Source: Octopus bimaculoides
Lineage: Eukaryota
Direction of reading: 5' to 3'
DNA: 59,907 bases
Assembly (NCBI RefSeq): GCF_001194135.2
Contig: NC_068984.1
Location: 140,022,759-140,082,665, forward strand
Part shown: piece after piece, positions 1 through 13,295 of the stretch
How the letters are laid out: each line of letters opens with the position of its first letter
How positions within the stretch are numbered: position 1 is the stretch's first letter
The notes under the pieces: generated by a model
The model's input: only the letters and a program-made list of their open reading frames with translations
Database searches by the model: none
Told to the model about the DNA's origin: nothing
Position numbers and translations under genes: made by a program

Positions 1-25
1 ATATATATATATATATATACATATA

Positions 26-436
26 TTCTTTTATTTTCTTCAGTCATTTCACTGCCGCCATGCTGGAGCACCGCATTTAGTCGAACACATCGACACCAGG
101 ACTTATTCTTTGTAAGCCTAGTACTTATTCTAACGTTCCGTTTTTCCGAACCGCTAAGTAACAGAGACGTAAACACACGAACATCGGTTGTCAAGCGATG
201 GTGGTGGGGGCACAAACACAGACATACTAGCATATACATATATATATATATATATATATGCATATATATACGACAAGCTTATTTTAGTTTCCGTCTACCA
301 AATCCATTCATATGGCTTTGATCGGCCCGAGGCCATAGTAGAAGAGACTGGCCCAAGGTGCCACGCAGTGCGACTGGACCCGGAACCATGTGGCTGTTAA
401 AAAACAAGCTACTTACCACGTGGCCACTCCTGCGAC
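26..436 (-). mobile_element. SINE type D, full length, tRNA-derived, with internal (TA)n microsatellite
   Basis: Minus-strand head (plus strand ends ...cttaccacgtggccactcctgcg), central TA tract at ~232-270, and tail reading cagtcatttcactgccgccatgctggagcaccgc on plus. Collinear with the copies at 33474, 46126, 50626 and 55947. Confidence 0.9.
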
Positions 437-491
<55 letters not shown>

Positions 492-513
492 GCAGGCAAA
501 CAGATAGATAGAG

Positions 514-578
<65 letters not shown>

Positions 579-606
579 ATAGATAGATAGATAGACAGAT
601 AGATAT
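437..606. repeat. Compound tetranucleotide microsatellite (GACA)n-(GAAA)n-(GATA)n
   Basis: Directly visible. It produces the spurious low-complexity ORFs at 279-649. Confidence 0.97.
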
Positions 607-2869
607 CCAAATGTGCAGGCAAACATTCTACATACATATAGTGTTTCATAAATGTTTACAGCCCGTCTACTGGATTTTATATTTCATTTTATTATACACT
701 TATAAACAAAAACCAAAAATCTCTTATGATGAAATCAGACATTGAATCGCAGCAATATCAACATTCAACATCGATCAATATGTCCTCTGAGTAATGCAAT
801 GTTTTCAAAAGTTAATACAGTAAGTTTGTTTTATTTTTCTCAGTGTTTCAAGTTAGCTATATGATTTCTTTTTAGTTTGGCGGGGATACAGCTAACAAAT
901 TTCCTGTCTGCCAACATGGCCGTCACTGTCAAGTTTTCACTACTCTAAGTGATTTGAAAATCTCCATCGATCAAATCCAGCACAGAATAGTATTATAACT
1001 GTTGTCGTAAAATCTTGCTGGAATATTCTAGCAACGTGCTGGATAAGTGTTCTTTTAATGCGCTGTTCTAAACATTGCTGGATATTTAAAAGTAATGATC
1101 CGTCCATCTATTTTCCATCTACCTCAGCCCACTCTTCCTGGGGTAGGTAGGCAGAAGCTGTCTACATTACATTTTCCGTTCGGGTCCTTATATTCTAACA
1201 GATTTTGTACTTAAACTGCTGCTTTCTGGAACTCTCTAAATCCATTATCTTGTTTAGCTCTTGTTTTTTTGTTTTGTTTTTTTTTCTAATCTTTGCTATT
1301 CAGTCCTTGAAGCTTTCAGTGAATCGATATATCTTTTAAATTTCTAGGTCCCTTCATTCCCTAACAATACAGCGGCCTCAAGCCTTATTCGGGACAAAAA
1401 GACGTTGTTATATCACAAGTTCGGACGGCGAACCTTCACCGATGACGTACCTTCGCTCAACTACCAAATTTTCAACGTCCACACTCTCAACGTCGACTAT
1501 TGGCTATCACATCCACTATCTATACGTAGTGGACTAGCCTACTTTCCGTCTGGGGGCGTCCGTACAACAGACGTATAAAAAAACATCCCTGCATTATTAA
1601 CATTCTTTAGGAAGAGATTGACGTCAATAAGAAGATTTGTAAAGAAAATCTAGAAGACAATCAGGACCAACAACAATTAACGAAGCAGAGCTAATGTAAT
1701 CATATCATCCATTACGTTTCGAAAACCACAGCAATTTAATCTTTAATCCCAAGTAATCTTAATCGTAATGATGGTTTGTGCTGAAGATTTAAATTCAATT
1801 AAAATAAACAAAATTCAAATCAGCCAACTTTAATATAATATGAATATATTGAGCCAAGAAAGCCAGTAAATAAATTATAACTGCATGATATAATTCATAT
1901 CTATAACTTCGTTTATCCACCCAGAATATAGAATTTCTCAATAAACGTCTAGACAATTATATATTAAGAGAAGATTTAGAGGAGGTTTTTTTTTTTTTTA
2001 GCTTTGTCTATTATTTTTACATTTTTTTATTTAAATGTTTTAGAATTATAAATTAAACTAAAATCATTTTACAATTTCTTCTGAAAAAATATTCATTTTC
2101 TAGTTTGAGACATATTTCTGAGTTTGTAATATAATAAATGGGTTTCTTTTTCTTTTAAGAAACATTATGAATGGCTTATAACATATTTAGAAAGCAATAT
2201 TATATACCAATTTTTAAGTAATTCTCATTTATTAATACACATGTATGTGCGAGCGAGCGAGCGAGCGAGCGCGCGCGCGTGTGTGTGTGTGTGTGTGTGC
2301 GTGTGGAAACAAAGAGATGACACCAATGCTTATACATGAAAACTTTGCCCGTGAATCAGTACATGTATGGACAGGTTTAGAAGAGGTTTTTGCAAAGTTT
2401 CCTAAAGTTTCTCCTGAGCAGAGATGTAGTCAGATGTAAGGTCACAGCATTGGGTGGAAGGGTCATTCAGCTCGGTACCAATGTCGTCAAAGTCGTTGCT
2501 GCCAGAATACAAAGCTCTAGAATAGATACTGCAAGGTTTAAGCTATTCTACGGGTGTGTTTTCGCCAAGGGAGACCTTCTAGAGAAGGTCCAGCAGTTTG
2601 ATTGACAGTGAAATCCTTCAGTGAGAACTTTTTGTGTTCAGTGAGATGGTAGCTTAATACTTTATATTAATATTTATCAAAAGGTTTCAAGTCCCGCCGA
2701 AGTTGACTTTGCATTTCATCCTCTCCGTGTCGATATAATAAGCGCCATAATTGACTTGCCCCCACCTACCGCCATTCAAAAAATCCCAGGCCTTCTGCCA
2801 ATATTAGGGAGGAAAAATAATATTTATCTTTTTCCTCCCCTTCTTCTTCTTCTTCTTCTTCTTCTTCTT

Positions 2870-3130
2870 CTTCTTTCACTCATTAGACTGCGGCCACGCT
2901 GGGGCACCACCTTGAATAATTTTATTCGCACGAATCGACCCCCACTAGATTTCTGCTTTTTCAAGCCTAGTGGTTATTCTATCGGTTTCTCAACCCCTCA
3001 ATCCCTCAATCCCTTTGCCGAGCGGTTAAGTTACGGGGACGTAAACTCATACGCACACACACACACACATGTATTAATAAATGGCAATTTTCAAGCGTTG
3101 GTGGGTGACAAGCACATACACCCACACATA
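2870..3130 (-). mobile_element. SINE type D, diverged 3' half
   Basis: gactgcggccacgctggggcacc...caagcctagtggttattctatcgg...taagttacggggacgtaaac matches the D tail. Preceded by (CTT)n at ~2840-2875. Confidence 0.8.
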
Positions 3131-3166
3131 TACATATATATACATACATAGATACATACCCACGAA

Positions 3167-3224
<58 letters not shown>

Positions 3225-3228
3225 GGGA

Positions 3229-3450
3229 CAATTCCCCAAAAAACAACAGACGAAGATAGGTGGTGTAGAAAACAAATAGATGTATTAGTATAACGCTCGG
3301 TAACTGAAAAAGTCTTTANNNNNNNNNNAGTCTTTAACGTTTCGAGCCTACGCTATTCCACAAAAAGGAACACAGAAAGAAACAAGGAGAGAAACAAGGA
3401 GAGAAAAAAATGTGTGTAGTAGTTAGCGATCTATCATGATGATATATATT
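3229..3450 (-). mobile_element. Penelope-like terminal-repeat fragment with degenerate hammerhead-like motif
   Basis: The minus strand at 3331-3368 reads ...gtggaa tAGC gtag GCTc GAAAC gtta, a short stem followed by GAAAC. A partial plus-strand copy of the flank (tacaccacctgtcctcgtctgttgtt) lies at ~32424-32470. Assignment is by recalled architecture only. Confidence 0.45.
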
Positions 3451-3637
3451 AATATGAGTTTCTAGGATTATATTATCCGAGTGGATCCCGTGTTAGCTCT
3501 TAGTTATTTTCCAGGTTACAGCTAATTGCATCGATTAGTATTTAACATCTTGCCACACACCCTGTAAATTCCACCGATAGGTAAATCCGTGTTCGCTTCT
3601 CTGGATGGTAATATTATCTGGAGTGTCAATAAGCATT

Positions 3638-3790
3638 GACCCCAGTGGGTAACTGGTACTTATCTAATCGACCCCGAAAGGATGAAAGGCAAAGTCGACC
3701 ACGGCGGAATTTGAACTCAGAACATAACGGCAGACGAAATACCGCTAAGCATTTCGCCTCGCGCACTAAAGTTTCTGCCAGCTCAACGCC
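3638..3790 (-). mobile_element. SINE type A (tRNA-derived head plus conserved central domain), tail truncated
   Basis: Reverse complement of the B-box (ggaatttgaactc) and of ctttcatcctttcggggtcgatta..aagtaccag. Confidence 0.9.
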
Positions 3791-3865
3791 TTTAGTGGAT
3801 ACAATATTCTTTTCTACTCTAGCTACTACGATTATGACACCGATTTACTCTTCACTGAACAAACT

Positions 3866-4294
3866 TGCTGGCAGAATTGTTAACATGGCAGGCAAAATTC
3901 TTTCGCCATTTGTTCCTGCTTTAAGTTCTGCGTTCAAATCCCGCCGAGGTCGACTTTATCTTTCATTCTTCTGGAGTCGATAAAATAAGTACCAGTTGAA
4001 AACTAGGGTCGATGTAATGAACTCAATCCCTCTCCTGAAAGTGCTGACCTTGACAGCGATATTAAAATCGAGGTTAAGGTGATGGGCTGGCAAAATCGTT
4101 AGCACGTGAGGCTAAAATGCATAGCGTCTTATCGTCCGTCATTACGCTCCGACGTCAAAATCCCCCAAGGTAGGGTAGAATTTGCTTTTTCGTCCCTTTG
4201 GAGTCGATAAAATAAATACCATTCGAGAACTACGATCGATATAAATGACTTACTCCCACCCCAGAAATTGCTCGCCTTGTGCCAAAATTTGAAA
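3866..4294 (+). mobile_element. Two tandem diverged SINE type A copies (3866-4057 and 4077-4294)
   Basis: gctggcagaattgttaac...gcgttcaaatcccgccgaggtcgac...gtcgataaaataagtaccag, followed by a second, more decayed copy. A third head begins at ~4304. Confidence 0.8.
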
Positions 4295-5085
4295 CTGCGA
4301 TTAAGGCGACGAGCAGGCAAAATCGTTAGAACGATTAAAATTGCATCATATTTGCTATCGCTATTCCGCTTGTGCTTCACTCTGCTTTGTCTAAATGTTT
4401 TTACGTAAGAAGTATAGTATCTGTACGATACACGATGGGCCGGTAATGCTTTATTGATATTCATTCTACTACATGTAATTGTAAGCAATGATGACAAACG
4501 TAAACTATTATCCACTACATTATGTATTGTTTTCTTTAAAGAATAACAAATATGAGATAAATGCATTTTTCTGAAATTTATCGTAAATATTAGTAATAAA
4601 ATTCCTCTTAATTTCACTGGTATTATATTCAAATAAATTTTGAAAGGAATTATTAAAACATATTCTCTGAGGATAAACATATGAAAATATGTTTTCATAA
4701 TATCTTTGCGCAATTTGCATATTACTTGTAAATGTATGAGAATAATATTAGAATAATATATATATATATATATATATAATAAAACATACATATATATATG
4801 TATATATATATACATATATATGCATATGCATACATATATATACACACATANNNNNNNNNNNNNNNNNNNNNNNNNNNNNNNNNNNNNNNNNNNNNNNNNN
4901 NNNNNNNNNNNATATATATATATATATATACAAGCGAGTACTTACATGTGTATAGATAGCTAGATACATACATACATACATACATACATACATAGAGAGA
5001 GAAAGAGAGAGAAGAAACAGAGAGTGAGAGAGAAAGAGAGATGAGCGTATGCATGTGTATGAGTATTCGAGAGTGTTTCCAACAC

Positions 5086-5128
5086 CCGTTTGACCGTTTG
5101 ACCGTTTGACCGTTTGACCCTTTGACCG
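5086..5128. repeat. 8-bp tandem repeat (CCGTTTGA) x5
   Basis: Four perfect units, one CCCTTTGA variant and a partial unit. Confidence 0.95.
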
Positions 5129-5241
5129 CCGGTGATAAGTGGGGGTCGATGCAAATGAAACGAAGCGTTTTGCTCAATAAGAACGAATCGTCACTCCACC
5201 AAACCGCACATGCACACACATATACATGCACACACATAGAC

Positions 5242-5277
<36 letters not shown>

Positions 5278-5559
5278 ACATCAAATGTCTTGATGGAAAT
5301 GACGGTGTATCTGGGAAATGATCGCATGGAATGAGCATACTAAATGAATAACTTAAAAATATAAAGGATGTAAGGAACATATGTGGTGTAAGGCTGACGG
5401 TGTATGTTGTTGCTTTCTTTCTGTGGTTGTACACTGTCATTGGTTTTTGTTTGGCCCACGATTTAATACAGAGCTGTCATTGAACTTAGGAATGATAACA
5501 GAGCAACAATAATCCACCATTAGAGTCGAATATTTCAAATGTTTCATCGTGTGTAAATC

Positions 5560-5830
5560 AGAGGTACGCGAGAAAAAGACTGTATCCTCCGATTAATGAG
5601 AGACTGCCGAGAGCCTTCATGAGAAATAAAACAAGCTAGTTGGTGCATGCTTGGAATGGCTACACCAACTTGGTTCAGTGACTGCTTAGATAACGGAGTA
5701 AAGACCGTGTTGGTGCAAAGGACAACAGAACCCAGATGCTTTCTTAATAACTTTAACACTGTTCACCACCACTGGAAGAAACAGTGCTGCCAAGAAGTGC
5801 TATAATTATTGGGGTCTCTAGTCGATGGCT
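5560..5830 (+). mobile_element. Possible highly decayed non-LTR retrotransposon RT fragment (R4/Dong-like)
   Basis: Broken-frame peptides INERLPRAF and WFSDCLDNGVKTVLVQR resemble the recalled 'HERLA.QLN.CL..G....GRTVLIQK' region. Weak resemblance only. Confidence 0.25.
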
Positions 5831-6604
5831 GATAAAGTGAATATATCGCAATACAAGCTGTAATATTTAAGCGTATTGCGATACTTATAGAGTGTTAATC
5901 GTTTTCAGATGTTGTTATTGACAATTAGTTTGTACAAAGCAGATGGGTCCCAACTAATTTTTTGTTGAAGATGGCGCCCTTATTTTACAAACTAATTTTT
6001 CACATGGAAAAATAAACAAGGGAGTGAAAGTCAACAAGGTGATAATCAATTAGATAGATATGCAGTCGACTTCAATGACACATATTTGGAGACAAGTGGA
6101 GTCGGCTATTATATGGTAATTTGGTCCAGTATAAATACTCTGTTGACACAACATCAAGACAAACAGCCGACGATTCATCATGCGATTTGGACGGGTCGTA
6201 TAAGAGAGAAAGAAAACGAGACAGCGAGAGAGTGAGGTGGAGGGAGTTAAAAGAGAGAAACAGAGAGAAAATACAAAAGAGAGAAGAAATTGAATAAGTT
6301 AAGTTATATATTGGGCATGGGGTGAAAAAACAGAGACGAAGTGAGAAAGAAGAGAGTAGAAAGCACCCATTTATGTACGATAAGTACGAACGATACAACG
6401 AAGAACAGATAGAAGAGCAAAAAAGGAAGGAAAGGTAGCTGTCTGTAGAAATAGATTTGTAGAACTGATGGAGAATGGTGTTCTGTGTCAGTAGATTATG
6501 TGATATATACATGTCTAGATGTTGAATAAATATATTCACGTACGTATACACATCCACACACAAGCACATACACAAACAAGCACATACACAAACACATATA
6601 CTTG

Positions 6605-7190
<586 letters not shown>

Positions 7191-7565
7191 TAAGACACTC
7201 ACACACAGACGCAAGACACACACACACACACACAAGACACACACGCGCACTCACACCTTTCGTCAACACGCACAAAGCTACTCGTCTCTTATAATTGTAA
7301 CTCTATACAACGTCACGTAATGATGTATCTTCTTGTATAAAGGTGTGTGCGCGTATGTGTGTGTGTGTGTGAGAGAGAAAGAGAGAGAGAGTGACTTTTC
7401 TCCATTATTGACAAATTGTAATGGCACAAACGAATCACCGACATCAATAAGCTAGAATTACAAGCAATAACGCTATGTAGCAGTCTATAGTCTACGAAAT
7501 AGATGTCTACAATCTATAATTGTAGCCAAATTCATTTTGAATATTTATGTATATACATACATACA

Positions 7566-7597
<32 letters not shown>

Positions 7598-7646
7598 CAT
7601 ATATATATCCATACATATACATCCATATACATCCATATACATACAT

Positions 7647-7690
<44 letters not shown>

Positions 7691-8015
7691 CTCTCAAGGT
7701 AACGTTATTAATATATGTATGTATGTACGTACGCATGTTGTACTTTTGTATGTTTGTGTGTATATTTGCTTGTATATATGTAAATGTATGTAATTTCATA
7801 CTCAAACATATGCATACATACACATACGTATGAATATATAAACATCGTATCTAAAATACAATACACACACACACATATATATATGATCCATCTGTTCGAG
7901 TTTCTAAGTACTTATGTATATACATGTATACATACACACAGACTGTACCCTGTATTGTGTTTTCGTGTGTATTAATGTATGTATTTCTGCATAAATCTGC
8001 TTTTTACTCGTATAC

Positions 8016-8058
<43 letters not shown>

Positions 8059-8085
8059 GCATATCTGCGCAAACTCGTTCACCCT

Positions 8086-8129
<44 letters not shown>

Positions 8130-8303
8130 AAGCGCCAATTATATTCATATGTATATTTAACAACGAACGGACAAACACTCAAACAATAGTTCGCAAGACA
8201 AAACAAATGGCGCTGCACACGGTACACACATGCATACATACACACAAATTTGCACACTCACACACACACACACACAAACGTACATTCATACATACATACA
8301 AAC

Positions 8304-8374
<71 letters not shown>

Positions 8375-8928
8375 CATATATATATATATATATGTATTTG
8401 TATATGTATGCATACGTACATATCTTTTTCTGTTCTTGTATTTTCTACTTTAACTGTATGTATGTATGCGTGTNNNNNNNNNNNNNNNNNNNNNNNNNNN
8501 NNNNNNNNNNNNNNNNNNNNNNNNNNNNNNNNNNNNNNNNNNNNNNNNNNNNNNNNNNNNNNNNNNNNNNNNNNNNNNNNNNNNNNNNNNNNNNNNNNNN
8601 NNNNNNNNNNNNNNNNNNNNNNNNNNNNNNNNNNNNNNNNNNNNNNNNNNNNNNNNNNNNNNNNNNNNNNNNNNNNNNTATATATATATATTTATATATA
8701 TATATGTATGCAATAACTCCCCAATTGTCATAATATATGCATACATACATATGTGTGCGTGCGTGTGTGTACATAAAGAGAAACTTACACGTCACATACA
8801 CCCATTCCTTCGCCACACACAAACGTATATATTTATTCATTTCAAAGTTATGTCTTTATCTAAGCGTTCATATATATGGGGGTGTATGTCTGTGTGTATG
8901 TATATACATTATATATATATATATATAT

Positions 8929-8964
<36 letters not shown>

Positions 8965-9359
8965 TTCGCTTGTTTGTGGTACATTCATACAACAATCTTG
9001 TAATTCTAGAATTGGTATCTAAACTGTGATGTAAAGTATTTTTTTTAGCATTTTTTTGAATAATATATTTGTGTTGTTTGTTATTTTTTCCCGATGCCAT
9101 TAGAGAATATTACACTTTCCAATTATACCATATTGCTTGAAATTACAAAGAAATGTCTGCTATAACATACAACAGGACAATTAATTTGTATATAGAATTA
9201 TTTGCAATTATATGTTTTGTGTGACCAAGAAGCATTATAGTGTGTGCCGGATACTTCGGGGTCGGCCAAGTTCAGAGGTGAATTGATTGTGATTTGAACT
9301 TCATTATAAAAAAAACTCCCTATTGAATTGCGTACGATTTCTGTTTTACTATATCTTGT

Positions 9360-9680
9360 CCTGATGCACCTGGACACATCAGTGAGGTTTGCTGGGGTCA
9401 TTAGTTGTTTTGGGTCTTTCAAACTCAGAGACCCTCACCCTGTGACCGAGCCGGGGTTGTTCGAACCCTGGCTTGTAACCAGTTTGCACTGCTCTTGGTA
9501 ACACTACGCCTGGTAGTTCTACGCCATCCAGGTTTCACATCTCCTGATCCACCTTAAAGCAACCTCTGCTACCTCCATAGCTCCCGTGATGCCAAACATG
9601 TCGTAAGTTCCGCTCGCTGGCGGGCTTCCAAAACCACGGTATTGGACCTTGATCGTATCGCAGTTTTCTGGTCACCCATT
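9360..9680 (-). mobile_element. 3' end of a HERO-like (R2 group, restriction-like endonuclease) non-LTR retrotransposon
   Basis: The minus frame reads IKVQYRGFGSPPASGTYDMFGITGAMEVAEVALRWIRRCETW (compare PIEVGCRGF...LGITG...AE.ASRWLW.RR..W). It is followed by gggtgagggtctctgagtttgaaagacccaaaacaactaatgacccc (KDPKQLMTP), as recalled for HERO 3' ends. Confidence 0.7.
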
Positions 9681-9691
9681 ACTTTGGTATA

Positions 9692-9910
9692 CGAGGAGAT
9701 GCTGAAAAGTTCCTGTCTTTATGTGTGTCGCGAAAGGCCTGGTTTGAGGCCCAATCTTCGGAGTTCTTTTACAGGGCTTAGAAAAACTGAAGGACTGCTG
9801 CAATAAGTGTGCGAATCTGAGAAGGGAATATGATGAATAAAATCATAATTAACAGATCCTCCTGTATTTTCTTTTTACCAAAAAGCCAGGAATCTTTCAA
9901 CACCACTTCG
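9692..9910 (+). mobile_element. Mariner-derived MITE (internal deletion derivative)
   Basis: Bounded by TA on both sides. Imperfect TIRs cgaggagatgctgaaaagttcctgtcttt / aaagccaggaatctttcaacaccacttcg. The interior encodes LQGLEKLKDCCNKCANLRREYDE*, a mariner transposase C-terminus pattern. Confidence 0.85.
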
Positions 9911-10649
9911 TAATTCCACTAAGTCAACATATATTCTCCTCTTACTCTCGTTTGCCCCCTTGATGCGGTTATCCCTGAGAACAGACTCACTGGTTCTTTC
10001 GCTGGTTCTTCCTGTACATAATAAGCTTCCTAAATATACTTTTCATTCACATAATTTGGTTCTGANNNNNNNNNNNNNNNNNNNNNNNNNNNNNNNNNNN
10101 NNNNNNNNNNNNNNNNNNNNNNNNNNNNNNNNNNNNNNNNNNNNNNNNNNNNNNNNNNNNNNNNNNNNNNNNNNNNNNNNNNNNNNNNNNNNNNNNNNNN
10201 NNNNNNNNNNNNNNNNNNNNNNNNNNNNNNNNNNNNNNNNNNNNNNNNNNNNNNNNNNNNNNNNNNNNNNNNNNNNNNNNNNNNNNNNNNNNNNNNNNNN
10301 NNNNNNNNNNNNNNNNNNNNNNNNNNNNNNNNNNNNNNNNNNNNNNNNNNNNNNNNNNNNNNNNNNNNNNNNNNNNNNNNNNNNNNNNNNNNNNNNNNNN
10401 NNNNNNNNNNNNNNNNNNNNNNNNNNNNNNNNNNNNNNNNNNNNNNNNNNNNNNNNNNNNNNNNNNNNNNNNNNNNNNNNNNNNNNNNNNNNNNNNNNNN
10501 NNNNNNNNNNNNNNNNNNNNNNNNNNNNNNNNNNNNNNNNNNNNNNNNNNNNNNNNNNNNNNNNNNNNNNNNNNNNNNNNNNNNNNNNNNNNNNNNNNNN
10601 NNNNNNNNNNNNNNNNNNNNNNNNNNNNNNNNNNNNNNNNNNNNNNNCA

Positions 10650-11330
10650 ACAAATGAAAAGGTCTTAATATCTATTTCCAATAAACTATTCCTTACAAAG
10701 AAGCGCTTACGATTTTCAAGCCATTTTATCCCGAATGACTTTATTGACACGACTTGCTTAAGATTTCTTTTTTCTTTAATTTCATAATCTCTTCTTTATT
10801 TTCATTTAATATTTTCTAATTATTTCCGTTTTTATTTACACATTTTTCAAATTAAACCCTCTCTTTCCACCATACTACGTATAAAAGCTGTTTCTTCGCA
10901 CCCACCACTACTCACATTTATATAATATCTCTTCTCAATATTCACCTTCCTTTCAATAAGTTTCGTTGTTTTTTGAGGAAGATAGTTCCAAGTTTCCCTT
11001 GATGTTACCATGGATACAGAAAACATCAGATTGCTATGCCACACGCTGGGATTTCCGTTGATCTGTGTTTATTAATTTTCCTGTGGTTTTTCCGTCAATT
11101 TTTGTTATTTCTAATATATTTTCATCAATATTGATTCCAGTTAATCTCTAATCATATATATATCCTTCTATATTTACTATATCTGTGGAAATGTTAGTTT
11201 GAGGTTATATGTTTGTTGCGACAGAGTTTTCAAGAGACTTTGTGTGATCTTCGCTCATGTTTTAGGGTTTTATTAGTTTCTTCCGTTTTCTATGCTGCTG
11301 TTATTTCTTCTTTCGAGCTTCCTAGGTCCT
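10650..11330 (-). mobile_element. Probable decayed retroelement coding remnant, family unassigned
   Basis: The minus strand is purine-rich and codon-like with many stops, with no diagnostic motif. It is truncated by the gap ending at 10647. Confidence 0.25.
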
Positions 11331-11364
11331 GTGATCTTTTCATTTAGTATCTAGGGCACGTGAA

Positions 11365-11690
11365 AGCCTATAGCTAAGTGATTACAGTATTCGACTCCCG
11401 ATCGTAAGGTCGTGAGTTCAATTCCCGGCGACGTGTTGTGTCCTTGAGCAAGACACTTTATTTCACATTGCACCACTCTACTCAACCAGCAAAAAGGAAT
11501 AGTACTTGTAATTCAAAGGACCGGCCTTATCACATTCTGTGTAACGCTGAATCACCCTGAGAATGACGCTAAGTGTACATATATCTGTGGGGTGCTCAAC
11601 CACTTGCACATTATTTTCACGATTAGGTTTTTCCGTTGATCGGATCAAATGAAATCCCCGTCGCTGTAACCGAAACGACCGAGTGCCAAT
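11365..11690 (+). mobile_element. Mosaic SINE: type C head and CORE-like domain with a type B tail
   Basis: B-box gagttcaattccc, then gttgtgtccttgagcaagacactttatttcac, then gtaattcaaaggaccggccttatcac...ccgttgatcggatcaa...gagtgcc. Confidence 0.8.
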
Positions 11691-12190
11691 ATTAAGGACC
11701 TATTTATTGTATTTGTGATCGTAGAGACTTATCTGTTTTATGTGCGTTGGATGTTGTCGTATTGCCTTGGCTGGTTTGCATGAGTCTGTCTTTGCGCTCA
11801 CGGTCTTGGGTTCAAATCTAGCTCCAGGTAGCACATAGTGTCCTGTACCAAAGGACTTCATTTCATATTTTTCCAATCAAATCAGCTAAAAATAAGTACC
11901 AACTTACGGCTTGTACACCCCTTTAAACTTCTCCAGCCCCCTCAATCTTTTGTCCGAGTTTGAGAATTTGCACAATTTTACTCTACACAAGAATATTTCA
12001 GTTTTCAATTCACATCGATTTCCAAGTAATGGCTGACAACATGACAGCTTCGAAAGTTTTGGATAGAATGCTTTAATGACTACGTTCTCCCCATTTGCGA
12101 TCTGGTTTCAAATAGCATCGCAATCAACATTGCCTTTTACATTTTTGGTGACCATAAATGGCTCAAACGTCTTTTTTCTCTTTCTCCTTC

Positions 12191-12252
<62 letters not shown>

Positions 12253-12939
12253 ACACTCGATTGCACCTAGAATACAAAGGTTCAGCCTTATAACAGTATA
12301 CAGCCTGTAAACGTCTCTCAAACTAGTGTCAAATTAGTGTACCTGCGAAATATTCAACCAATTATACACTAATTTCCATTGGCTGAACAAATTCTGTTTG
12401 CTGAACAAAATGCTCATCGTCGATGCCGACGGAGAACACACAGCATTTTCACAAGCCTTTTGAAATAATAAAAAAATATTCATACTTTCTGCTTCAACCC
12501 TTCTCTCTCTCCGTTTTATGCAAACATCTACTTCAAATATATGAAAACAACGCACTCTTTTTAAGTAGTGCATTTTTAGCATCTCTATAAACTACGTTTT
12601 TACTTCATGTACTGTATGCACGATAATGAATGCCATGGATTAGATAAATCTACATACATCTTTCCTTTGAAGCCAACAAACTAGTTGGATATTGCGGCAG
12701 GGATGTTCCAGAGATAGAAATTCCAAGGAGTTTTTTTTTTCCGTTTTAACTTTAGTATATAAACTGCGTACAACATTGACCAGAGAGAAATTCTTTATTG
12801 CTAAGATGTTCTTCAGAAGTGGATTGATATAAGTGGATTGACATGAAAGAAAGCGTGAATTCTTGGAATACATACAACCACAACCTCCATACACATCATA
12901 GTATATACGACACCAATTTTCATCAGTCATTTTCCTCAA

Positions 12940-12956
12940 TACTACTACTACTACTT

Positions 12957-13045
<89 letters not shown>
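12940..13045. repeat. Compound trinucleotide microsatellite (CTA)n to (TAA)n
   Basis: Directly visible. It yields the poly-L/poly-I ORF at 12843-13082. Confidence 0.97.
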
Positions 13046-13048
<3 letters not shown>

Positions 13049-13083
13049 GTGTGTGTGGGTGTGTGTGTGTGTGGGTGTGTAGC

Positions 13084-13295
13084 GAAGGTTCTTGGCTTAA
13101 TGGATAGGGGTGTTGGACTCACGACCGTAAGTTTGTGGTTTCGATTTCTGGGCCCGGCGATGCGTTGTGAGCAAAACACTTCATTTCACGTTGTTTCAGT
13201 CCACTCAACCGGTAAAAATGAGTAATCCTGTGACGGATTATTCATTACGTGCAAGAGACACCGGGAAACCGGGCTTATGCCCCTTACGGAGTAAC
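13084..13295 (+). mobile_element. SINE type C, diverged
   Basis: tggcttaatggataggggtgttggactcacgaccg...gagcaaaacacttcatttcacgttgtttcagtccactc...ccgggaaaccgggc. Confidence 0.8.

Noticed and set aside
760-830. Candidate small exon ending at ca|gtaagt (~820)
   Set aside because: The acceptor is weak, the peptide is unrecognisable, and there are no partner exons.
2345-2640. Coding-like stretch (ORFs 2245-2439 and 2390-2605)
   Set aside because: There are stops on the minus strand and no recognisable motif on either strand. It is probably a decayed repeat that I cannot assign.
3311-3336. agtcttta duplicated on both sides of a 10-N gap
   Set aside because: This is a typical scaffolding overlap artefact.
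12331-12375. 11-bp inverted repeat aaattagtgta/tacactaattt with nearby CCAAT-like boxes
   Set aside because: It is short and AT-rich, so it is plausible by chance, and there is no supporting promoter context.
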